Source of the DNA: Octopus vulgaris
Taxonomy: Eukaryota
Direction: 5' to 3'
NCBI GenBank assembly: GCA_951406725.2
Contig: OX597821.1
Span: forward strand, 113,212,001-113,276,000
Length of the DNA: 64,000 nucleotides
The notes under the pieces are model-generated. The model was not told where the DNA came from. It worked only from the letters and a program-made list of their open reading frames with translations, and did no database searches. Positions 1-12,522 of this stretch are shown one piece after another. The translations under genes were made by a program, and so were the position numbers. Position 1 is the stretch's first letter. Every line of letters begins with the position of its first letter.

Positions 1-360
1 GCTGCATTCTTTTTATAATTAATATATTTATATAATAAATAGTTGATATACTTCATAATGAATATATTAACGAGATGTCCTATTGATTATATTACTCTCA
101 GTGCATTGTCAAATAATGACTAATTAATTTCTATCTCTTTTGTTCCATACACTGAAGGCATTTCACAATCCTGCTTGTTAACTCTTGTACTTAAAAACCT
201 CTTAATTACGTGGCTTCTCAAATTCTCTTTGAGATTTTCCTTTGATAAACACATTGTAGTTATTTCTCTTATATTTGTCCCATTAAGTTTTGGTTTTGCA
301 TCTGTTTGGCTGCAAATAGTTCCCGGCTGATCAGCTGTTTTTATTTCTATTTTGCCTCAG

Positions 361-485
361 ACTTTGTTCACACGTGGTGCAGAATATACTACCCGGGATA
401 CATCAACACCAAGTGAAACTTCTTCCATATCAGAACAGAGAGAGAAGCCACACACACTTGAAACTTTCTCGTACGATCACTTCAG
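361..485 (+). CDS. MYO7A: myosin VII exon (TLFTRG...[14 protein letters not shown])
   Basis: cctcag acceptor, gtaagc donor. Confidence 0.9.
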
Positions 486-3400
486 GTAAGCATTAATGTA
501 TTAGAAATGTAAAATGTCTATCCCCTCAAACAGTAAGACACCTGTTCTTGTCCTTCTATCATGCTTTAACCTCTCATCACCAGACACAAAGTCACACCAT
601 TCAATACCACTTTGTCCCACCCACTTTAGTCAAGGGGTCCTGTTCTACAAGTTACTCAGTGACCTCACTGGTGCTGGTGCCATTTAAAAAACACTCAGTA
701 CATTCTATAATGTGGTTGGTGTTAATAAGCAGTAAAAACCATACCAAAGCAGACACTGGAGCTTGGCATGGTTCTCTAGCTTATTAGATCTTGTCAAACC
801 ATCCAACCCATGCCAGCATGGAAAACAGATGTTAACCCTTTTATTACCAAATTCATTTTGAGATGCTCAGTGCTTCTTTCAATTAATCTTAAATATAACA
901 AAGAATTTAGTAAACTAACTTAGTTATCATTAAGCTAGTGTTTTAAGAACATAAATTGTGACTAAGGTTTGGTGGAAGATTTTAATTGAGAACTTTTGAA
1001 AACAAGACATTTGTACTTGAGAGCCAGAGGTGCTTTCAGCCAGGTTGGTATCAAAAGGGTTAAATGGTAATGATGATACCTGCATGGGGCTGTTTCCAAT
1101 TCATATATCTCTATAAACTCTCCCTCTTTCTTTCTTTCCCACTCCCTCCTATTTCTAGTCATATGTTTGTCTTACTATTTACTAAAATACTTTCCTTCAG
1201 CTCTAATCTTCTAATTTCATAATCAACATTACCATATTCCTTCTATTTTCAAAGACACAGAGCACTTCTAAGTCTTGCCAACTGAGCTGCATCTGTATCG
1301 TTAAAGATCACTAATAAATTTTATTTTTTTTTGAATGACCACTACCATCATCAAATGGATCTAAAAGCAAATTCTACTCCTAGCTACATCATCATCTTCA
1401 TCTACCAAAAGCTTTGATTGGTTGATATTACTGCAATTATCATGATGGACTTTCTGAGTCCATCATGCATCATTTAAAACCTTGAATCTTGTCTCTGTCG
1501 ATACACATCTCATAGGTGTACCATCAGTTGTAGAATGTATTTTAAGACTAATCAAACCGCCAGAAGTCATACCTTTTCAAACTGTTGCCCACATGTCAAC
1601 AAAACCATCCTGAATTTCATTGTGTTACCCTCTCCTAGAGACACAAGCTATTCCTGCCCTGAGCATTTACTATGAGCCAGACTGGGTCATTTCCGGGCTG
1701 ATAACCTTCATCCTAGACTCACAGTTCCTTGACTCAATGAGGAACTATAAACAGCTAAAATCTTGGTTTGGAGTCTGTAATCTTATTATTGCAGCCACTT
1801 TTAGTCTCAACTGTGGAATAAATTCTATGGACAAGATGCCAAATTCCAATAAACAGAAATTAGTCTTATGTCTTGTTTAACAGGAGTAAAAATGTATTTA
1901 ATTCCAAGTCTCACATGAAAATGGAACATTTGTGACAGAATTCTCTTTGTAATATCAAACATGACTGTCGGGTTATTGTGAATAAAATTAAATTGAATTT
2001 GTGAAAATAGCCTCGTCTGGCACCTGTGTCGGTGGCACATAAAAACACCATCCGAGCGTGGCCGTCTGCCAGCCTCGTCTGGCACCTGTGTCGGTGGCAC
2101 ATAAAAACACCATCCGAGCGTGGCCGTCTGCCAGCCTCGTCTGGCACCTGTGTCAGTGGCACATAAAAACACCATCCGAGCGTGGCCGTCTGCCAGCCTC
2201 GTCTGGCACCTGTGTCGGTGGCACATAAAATCACCATCCGAGCGTGGCCGTTCGCCAGCCTCGTCTGGCACCTGTGTCGGTGGCACATAAAATCACCCAC
2301 TACACTCTCGGAGTGGTTGGCGTTAGGAAGGACATCCAGCTGTAGAAACACTGCCAGATCTGACTGGCCTGGTGCAGCCTTTGGGCTCCCCAGACCCCAG
2401 TTGAACCGTCCAACCCATGGAAAGCGGACGTTAAACGATGATGATGATGAACTCTGGTATGGCTATGTGGTTAAGTTTGCTCTCAAACCCTGGCATTTTG
2501 GGTTCAATTCCACCTCATGGTATCTTGGACAAATGCCTTCTGCTATAGATTCAGGATGACTGAATCCTTGTTAGTGGACCTGGTAGACATACACTCAAAG
2601 ACACTCCTTTGTGTGTGTGTGTTGTTGTTATGTTGGCATCGCACCTTAATTAAAAATGAATGTCTTCATTGCATAAGGTGTGTCCCTAATTTCCAGTTCT
2701 TCCCAGAAAATATGTCCAGCCATGGACATATTACCTTGCTTGAAAAGAGGTGAGGGTCATGACTGGAAGGGGCATCCAGCTGTACAAAATTCACCTTAAC
2801 AAATTCTGTTTGATTCATGGAAGCATAGAAAAGTGGTTGTTAAACTGAAGATTTGTAAGTCTGAGAGTTATTAAAACACTAATATTCCAGAATGTAATTA
2901 ATTTTGGTTTCTTTTCTATTGTTCAGACCACCTCCCAAGAGAACAATGACAAGAACCATCTCAACTGCCAAGAAAAAACGACAAGATGATTTGTGGCGCT
3001 ACTCAAAAGAACCAATTAAACAAGCCCTCCTAAAGAAAATTGCTGGTAAAGAAGATTTGAATCAGGAGGCTTGCGAATGTTTCTTATATATCCTTTTAAC
3101 CAGGCACGTGCCATCAGTAATTACCCAGGGTAGGCAGTTGGTGATCTTTATGCAGTAAAACACACAAAAAATAAGCAAAATACAGCTGTGTGACTGAGTT
3201 GAAGGCAGATTTACTTCTGCCTTTATAGAACATAAAGAAAACATTGTTGTAGGAATGTATGCAGCATGTGTGCTACAGCAGTTCTATATGTAACTTAAAT
3301 ACTGAGATTGAAAGGCAGGGACGAATTATGCCTACTTAATCTACAAAAAAAAAAAACATTTTGCATTTTATGCATAGTAATCGGAGTAACCTTCATAATT

Positions 3401-6400
3401 TTATTGAATTATGTACATATTTTGCCATAAAAGGAAAATGTTACTATCGATCTGTTTTAATCAAGGTAGGCACTGCGTACCTTGTCTACTTAGGCAGCAT
3501 GTTCCTGGTATCCAGCTATAGAAAATCTGCCTCAATAAATTCCATCTGACCAATGCAACTGGAAGGATATCCAGCAAGCAATATGAAACCATTATTATAT
3601 GCTAATTTTGTCAAGCTCCCTTTTCAGTTTGTAAGATAGAAATTTAAATGTAATAAAATGTTTTAATAGAAATTTAAAGTACCTACATTATAACTGTAAA
3701 CCTACTTTTGGGTCCCCCTGTATAGACAATAAGCTTTTTTTAGTTTCTGTCTCACAACCCATTCACAAAGCTTCGGTTGGCCCAGAGCTGTAGTATAAGA
3801 CACTTTCCCAATTTGCTGCAGTGTGAGACTGAACTCAAGACGGCATGGTTGGGAAGCAGTCTTCTCAACCACACAGCCACACCTGCACAACATCATCATC
3901 ATTTCAACATCCACCTTCCATGCTGGCATAAGATGGATAATTTAAAAGTCTTTAAAAAGTTAGCAGCATTAATAAGAAATACATATCATATCTTGAGAAA
4001 AAAAAAAACTGTTTATTCCTTGACTGTTGTTTACCGATTCTAAAATACATGGGAGACCATCCAAGTCGGAAAGGTAGACCTTTGAATGAATTAACAGATG
4101 AAATTTTCAAAATAGCATTGAAAGTGGTAAGTACAACACATTCCTTCTTTCTTTCTTTCTTTCTTATTATTACTTTGGATTGACAGAATCGCTTGAGCAT
4201 CAGACAAAATGGCATGTGATATATAGTTACAGCCCTTTATGTTCTGATTTCAAGTCCTGCCAAACTCAGCTTTGCCTTTCATCCACCTAGGGTCAATAAA
4301 AGATACAAGTACTGGAATCGGTATGACCTAACTTCTCCCCTCAAAATTTCTTGCCTTCTTCTTATAGTAAACAAGATTATCATCATCATCATCATCAACG
4401 AGGCACCAAATTGGTGAAATTGTTAGCAATGCTAGAGAAAATGCTTAACATTTTTTCCTGCCTTTTGTTCTGAGTTCAAATTCCACCAAGGTCAACTTTG
4501 TCTTTCATCCTTTCGGGGTTGATAAACTAAGTACCAGTGGAACATTGGGGCGGATGTAATTGACTTGCATCCTTCCCCAAAATGCCAGGCCTTGTGCCTA
4601 TAGTAGAAATAATAATTATTATTATTATTGTTATTATTATTGTTGTTATTATTATTGTTATTATTATTATTGTTATTATTATTATTAAAGGCAACAAGCC
4701 GGCCAAGTCGTTAGCATGCTTAGCAAAATGCTTAGCAGCATTTCACCAGTCTTTATGTTCTGAGTTCAAATTCAGCTGAGGTTGACTTTGCCTTTCAACC
4801 TTATGGGGTTCAAAAAATAAGTACCAGTTAAATACTGGGGTCACTGTAATTGACTATTCCCCTTCCCCAAATTTCAGGCCTTGTGTCTATAGCAGAAAGG
4901 ATTATTATTATTATTATTGTTGTTGTTACTATTTAAGGCAATGAGCTGGCAGAATCATTAGCACGTCGGGCGAAATGCTTAGTAGTATTTCATCTACCAC
5001 TATGTTCTAAGTTCAAATTCTGCTGAGGCTGACTTTGCTTTTCATCCTTTCAAGGTCGATTAAATAAGTACCAGTTACGCACTGGAGTCATTGCAATTGA
5101 CTTAATCATTTCCTCCAAATCTGAGAGACCTTGTGCTTCCAGCAGAAAGGATTATTATCATTATTATTGATAATAATATTATTAGTGGATTGGCAAAATC
5201 GTCATAAGAAACTCCTTGTGGTATTTCTTTGAAATCTTTACATTCTGGGTTCAAATCCCATCGAGATCACCTTTGCCCATCCCTCTATCATATTTTAGCT
5301 TCTCAATACCTTGCATGAAACCACCTCTTTTCTCTAATGAAAAGACCCACTCAGTTGGTTCTTTTTGTTGTCTTGTGAGTTAGTAAGTGACGCCATTAGT
5401 TCTGGTGCCACACATAAAAACCACCCCATACACTATATAAAGGTGGTTGGCATTAGGAAGGGTGTCCAGTCTTAAAATCCATGCCAAATCAGAAAGTAGA
5501 ACTGAACACAGTTCTCTGGCCTATTGAATCCAGCCAACATATCCGACCGATACCAGCATCGAAAAACGACTGTGAGACACCGCCTTCTTCTTCTTCTATA
5601 ATGTTGTAGCTCTTACTTTTAGGGAAATCTTTGAGATTTTATTTTCTTGGCATCTGTTCTGTTCTATTTACTTTTTTACATTATTTCCCCTCTTTTTTTA
5701 CCCCTTCTATTCCAGGAAATCCTTCGAGATGAAGTGTACTGCCAAATAATTAAACAATTGACTGACAATAAAAACAGGTAAATACTTTCATTTCTTTTAT
5801 CTTTTACTTGTCTCAATCATTGGACTGCAGCCATACTGGGGCACCACCTTGAGTTTTGCTTACAGCACCTATGTCTCTCAAATTGCCACAAGTATTAACC
5901 AGGCTTGACATTGATTCACTTTTATTATTTTTTTTACCTGATTCAGTGAGGGCCAGCCTCTAAGACAAGTTATTTCCAGATTAATAATTTGGCCCAAATG
6001 TTTGCAACAAAGTGAACCCTTCAAAAGTCACTTTAGATCCAGGTGGTGATGTTTTAGCCAGAAAACAGATTAAGCTTATTACCTAAGAACATGGGTGCAG
6101 CCATCTGGTTCACCAGCCCTCAGTCAAAATCGTCCAACCCATGCTAGCATGGAAGGCGGACGTTAAACGATGAACAAACAAGTGGAGGTCGGAAGACATC
6201 ACACAATTCAGATGAGATTCAGTGTGGATTTCTGAAGTCTAAATGACCAGTTTATGTAACTCTGGATGAAACCATTTTAAAACCTTTCAACAGGAAATTG
6301 GTTGGAAACAACCATGTCTTTTACATGTCTGTGAGCAGGCTACAGCTGGAAATCCAAGGAAGGTGGTTTAAATGTAGCTAACACTTGATTTGATCTAATT

Positions 6401-9235
6401 TCAGCTCATGAGCTGTGGCCATGCTGGGGCACCTTCATTTGCTACAAATTTATTGATAGTTTCTTTTCCATTTACACAAGAAGATCAATTCATCTTAAGT
6501 GACTTACATATTCATATCAGACTTGAATTAATCAAGTGTGATTAACGAGCAAACATTCATCTGAAAGAAGTTGTTCTCCAACGACAAAACACGACAGGAA
6601 TTTACATATTCCTGTTGAAATCTGCTGGAATGTATAAAGAATCCACATGTCTGTTATTGTTCTGATTCTTGCTGTTCACCATTTATAGACTGACTTCTTA
6701 TGGGTTTGGCAGACATCAGTAAGAATCAACAAATAATTTGTTTGCTGAATTCTATAAATAAGAGCCGAAAACTCATTTTAGATTCATTGGTCTCAAGACA
6801 CAACAATGTTGAAACACCGCTTGTCCTCAAGTCTACTTATACTAATGATCTGAGTGTGATATGAACCCACATTTGTCTTGAAGAAGTTGTTCTCCACTGA
6901 TGAAATACAGCAGCCATTTACCATATTCATTTACGAATCTGCTGGAACGTAACAAGAATTAATATCAATGTCATCATTGTGATTCTTGCTGTTCACCACG
7001 ACAATTTATTATAGATATTTTATTTAATGTTTGAATACTGGAACCAGCCTGTACACAACATGATTTGACAATAACATCAGGAATATGAGCTAAATTTTCA
7101 CAATGTGTGTATGGGGTGGGGGATCTCTTGTTCAACAACAAAGATTGAGTTGTCTGATCTCAACTGAATTGCCTGCCCTTGAATTAACATGTATGACATA
7201 GTACATGTACAACAAAGGATATATCTGTTGAATTCCAGGTACAACCCACCCAATAGGCTTCCATACAGTTTCCATCAACCCAATTTCACTCACTGATGCT
7301 ACTGACAATAACATTTACCCAAGAAGTCACTCAATAAGATTGAACCCATGACCCCATGGTTGTGAAGTGAACTTCTTAACCATTCAGCCCCACTCCACCT
7401 ACCACTTTGCATCTGACCAAATCTTTGATGGATCATGTAAAAGTTGTCTCAAGTGATTTCGTAATAAAAAAATCCATTGAATTTCCTTTCAGATTGGGTG
7501 AAGAGCGTGGATGGGAACTAATGTGGCTTGCCACTGGTTGCTATGCTCCCAGTAATGTACTGCTGAAGGAACTCACGTTGTTCTTGAGATCACATATTAA
7601 TCCACTCGCTCATGACTGCCTGCAGCGATTACAGAAAACTTTAAGGTAAGCAAATATGCAACGTTCTTTCCATATTACATCAACTGCTGTACACACACAC
7701 ATATATGTATTTCTTTATTGCTCACAGGGATCTAAACATAGAGGGGAGAAACAAGGACAGACAAAGGGATTAAGCCGATTACATCGACCCTAGTGCATAA
7801 CTGGTACTTATTTAATCGACCCCAAAAGGATGAAAGGCAAAGTTGACCTCAGTAGAATTTTAACTCAGAATGTAAAGACAAACAAAATACCGCTAAGCAT
7901 TTTTCCCAGTGTGCTAACAATTCTGCCAGCTTGCTGCCCTCTCACATGTATGTATGTGTGTATATATATATATATATACAAAGTATTGGAATTGTTGCTG
8001 TGGTAACAGTGCTAAAGTATGCGGAGGGAAGCTGTTTGGCGTAGATTAACATTGATATCTGTCATGTATGCACACCAAGTTGTAACATTCTTGCTCACTT
8101 CTGTTGTTTATAGCAATGTTTGGAAGTAAAATGTGTAGAGTATGCTTGTCTGAATAAGATCAGGTTTCTGCTGTGCAGGGCCTCCTTAATTGCATTGAGG
8201 AAGACAGAAACTGTTTGAAAATAGTCATAACAGGAGACGAATTGTGGGTCAATGGTGATGACCCTGAAAGCCAGATTTTAATGCACAGAAGTCCTCTGCA
8301 TTAAGATCTGACATATAAGATCTTCTCTACCCTGATGATGGGGACTCATATTGTGATAAACTACATCTACCAACATTATTAAGGATCTCCGAGCTCCTAG
8401 AAACAGCTGTTGTACTTATAACACCTTACTTCCTCCCCTTTAATATTCTCTGTCGTTTGTACTCTATGTAAGTTAGAACTATTTACATCTATAGATTCGT
8501 ACATAAAATTCATCATCTGAAAGTCTCCACCCTTTGCTTTTTCTCGTTTTGCCTGTATACATATTTTGTATTTCATACCCAAATTATTATATTTAATGTG
8601 TCTGATTGTTTATCTACATAATTGCCTCTAGACCCACTCAACTTGATCCCTTTTATAGCCTTTCTTTACCCCATGGAATTGATCCCCTGTAAAGACATCA
8701 GAGTCTAACTTACATTATAAGGTTGTCCCAAAAGTTCGTAGAAAGTCTTGGAAAATAATGGTCTTTATTTTGAGGAATAATTTTTGTTGTTTTTGTTAGT
8801 ACTTGGCGAGTAAAAATTCAATTTTCGCAAGTGTTTATGAACTTTTGGGACAACCTAATATTTACATTGGACGGATATTTGTCCTCATCTTGTTTCTTGT
8901 TAACACAATGTTTCAGCTGATACACCCTCCAGCCAAGTTCGTTTCCAGGCAGTGAACTGAATAATAATAGTAATAATAATAATGATAATAATAACAACAT
9001 TGAAAAAATACCTTAGGAATGAGAACCCAGGTTCGAAATTTCCTCAAGACACCTGATGAAGGCTGGAGGGTAGATCAGCCGAAACATTGTGTTAACAACA
9101 AACAAGATGAGGACAAATATCCATCAAATGTAAATAATGTACATAATTCCTCATCTCTTAGATATAGAACTGTATTATCAGAGTCTAAAGTTGAAACATC
9201 TGTGTGGAGAATCTCTGGATCTCATCTGTGAGAAC

Positions 9236-9268
<33 letters not shown>

Positions 9269-12200
9269 TTGTATACACGTACATATATATATAAAACCAG
9301 GTTTTCTTATGCACAAAAATGTAAAGAGGGAAACATCTCTCAGCTGCTTGATACTTTGAAAGCAGGGATAAAGAATATTAAAACATGTTATTTCCATTTT
9401 CCAGAAACGGTACCCGTAAATATCCTCCCCATCATGTTGAAGTGGAGGCTATTCGTCACAAAACAACCCAGATTCTTCACAAAGTATATTTCCCTGATGA
9501 TACTGATCAGGTAAGCGGGTTAAAATATTATTTTATTTTTTTTACTTATTGCCATCATTGAACTCTGGCCATGCTGGGGCACCACCTTGAAGGATTTTAG
9601 TTGCACAAATCAACCACCATACTTATGCTTCTTTAAGTCAGGTATTTATTGTATCAGTTTCTTTTGCTGCACCACTAAGTTACAGGAGATGTAAACAAAC
9701 CAATAACGGTTGTCAAGCAGTATGGGACAAACATAAACACACACACACATGTATACACATTGGTCTACCAAATCTACTTAGAAGGCATTGGCAACCCAGG
9801 GCCATAATAGAAGAAACTTGCCTAAGATGTTGCACTGTGGGATTGAACCCAAAATCATGTAGCTGCAAATTGAATTTCTTAACCACATCATTATGGCTTG
9901 GATAATGTATTTGACATTAAGATAAACCACTTTAGTTAATCAACAAAATTCTGTAATAATCTGAGGTGTTTTTTTCTCTCTTTTTTAACCTTTCAGGCCT
10001 TTGAAGTTGATTCAAGTACCAGAGCCAAGGACTTCTGCCAAAATATTGCCCAGAAACTTCGCCTTAAATCCTCTGAAGGTTTCAGTTTGTTTGTCAAAAT
10101 TGCAGACAAAGGTAAACAATTCACATATTACTGCTTTGTTACTTACTTCTTGCTGTGTCTGTGGAACAAGTCTTAATTTCTAAATGTCATATTTCAACAG
10201 AAATATGGTAACAAAAGGGTTAACAAACTTTAAATATCTTTACTAAAACAGAAGCATAGACATAATAAAAATCATACAAATTATTAAGAAAATCATTACA
10301 TGATGAGGGAAACCAAATATTGTCTGATTTAGTTATACTAATTCTATGATAATTAGTAAAACTAGATACAGTGTAAATTTTATCTTATTACACTAATCCT
10401 TTGATTAATTAGTAAAATACTAATTACTGCATAATTATTGTTTTATTTCAGTCATTAGTGTCCCAGAAGGAGATTTTTTCTTTGATTTTGTTCGTTATTT
10501 AACTGATTGGATACGCAAAGCAAGACCTGCTCGTGAAGGTAGGGATTCAAAACAGTTTCTTTGCTATTTTTAATTTTGCAAATTTTAAAATGTTTTTTTT
10601 TTTTACTTGATTACTTTGGATGAAAGGATGCAACCCATGGTCCTTCTCAAAGTCTCTTGGAAACTTCAGCATCACGGGTCCTGAATACTAGAAAGATTTG
10701 ACCCCACATTCTTTATATTAGAAACTACAGTACCATGAGCCTTAAGCTAAAGACTTGAGCATCATGTGTCCTTGATATTGGAGAGACTTCAGCTTTGTTG
10801 GTCCTTAATGCCACAAAAACTTGAAGTTAATTAGCCATTAATGCTAGACTTGGGTCTTAAGGGTCCTTAATACTAGAAACTTGGGCCCCACAAGTTATTA
10901 CAATTTAGAAAATATTAGCTTTTATTATGGAGAGAAACAAAGGGTTCCAAAACAGAATCAGAACAGAGATAAGGACATACCTTAAGTTGAACCAATTTTG
11001 AAGGGACCTAAATCATTTTAAGTAAAGAAAGGTCACTGGATGTATATATAAACGTTTGAACCCTTGACTTGTAATATACAATCAAGTATATCTATCACAA
11101 TCTTCTTTAGTCTGCTAGTCTCATATTTTTTATTTAATTTTCTCCAGGAACAGTCTCCCCCTTTACTTACCAAGTATTCTTCATGAAAAAGTTATGGACC
11201 AACACAGTTCCGGGAGTGGATGTAAATGCTGACACTATCTTTCATTATTTCCAGGTGAGTGTTTTCAGGTGAAAACTGTAAATTTTATTGGGAGGGGGGA
11301 GTGTTTTTTCTTTTCTTTTTTTTTTGAGGGAAAACAGTAAAGTATCTTAATGGAAAAAAAAATACACAGAAGGAAGGGAAATAGGAATGTCTGACACTCA
11401 TGTTTAAGAGCTGAGAACAGTCTTCAAGCAGGAAGTGGAACCATGTTTCAGATCCCTCTTGCTTAACAAAATAACAATTTTCAGGTTGTTGTTGTCTTTT
11501 AGTATCAGGTTCAAAATTTCCCCAAGACACCTGATGAAGGCTGGAGAGTATATCAGCTGAAACGTTGTGTTAATAACAAACAAGATGAGGACAAATATCC
11601 GTCAAATGTAAATAATGTACATAATTCCTCATCTCTTAAATATAGAACTGTATTATCAATAATTTCCTTAACTGTAAAGAGTCTAGGCTTTGCTAATTTA
11701 CCAGTTAAAGTTTTGAATCACTCACATACTTGTTTCATTGTAAAAATCTATTTTTCCAATTAAAAATGAAAGTAAGCAACAGTTATTGGGGACATCATTA
11801 TCAATGAATCATAAACACACTCTGCAACGTGGATCAGTTGCCTAATTTGAATATTTTGTCTGCTTTATTTATATGTGTTGTCCATTACCACTTTAATGAG
11901 AATCTGGTAGAGATTGCGTTTAGGCTATTTCTGGTATACCAGGAACATGATGCCAGAGGGTTAATTCAGTGGGAATAAATAAGCATTGCATTTGATAAGA
12001 ATCTGAAAATTAAAGGGTTAGACAACTGTAAATAGTTTTTAAAATCTGAAAAAAAAAAAAAAAAAAAAAAAAAATTCATGAATTTTCTCTTTTTATTTCA
12101 GGAACTTCCAAAATATCTTCGGGGTTATCATAAGTGCACTAAAGAGGATGCTGCCCTGTTAGCCTCTCTGATCTACAGAGTCAAATACGGTGACGACAAA

Positions 12201-12475
12201 AGCCAACTACCAAGCATTTCGTAAGTTAAATTTCTTCACATTTGTCTTTTACTTTGCAGAAGTTGTCATAGATGTAGCATGCAATTTATGGAAGAATCTT
12301 CGTTATATTCAATAGGCACAGGAGTGGCTGTATGGTAAGTAGCTTGCTTACCAGCCACATGGTTCCAGGTTCAGTCCCACTGCGTGGCACCTTGGGCAAG
12401 TGTCTTCTACAATAGCCTCAGGTCAACCAAAGCCTTGTGAGTGGATTTGGTAGACAGAAACTGAAAGAAGCCCAT

Positions 12476-12522
<47 letters not shown>

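Noticed and set aside
2009-2297. CRISPR-like array, and ORFs 1825-2286 / 1911-2351
   Set aside because: Units are near-identical with no unique spacers and no cas genes; the array is inside a eukaryotic SINE and the ORFs are repeat read-through.
2904-3158. 84-aa ORF as a standalone gene
   Set aside because: It is a myosin VII exon plus read-through into flanking introns.
12315-12390. tRNA genes at SINE heads
   Set aside because: Only A/B-box-like remnants without a full cloverleaf, always fused to a SINE body.
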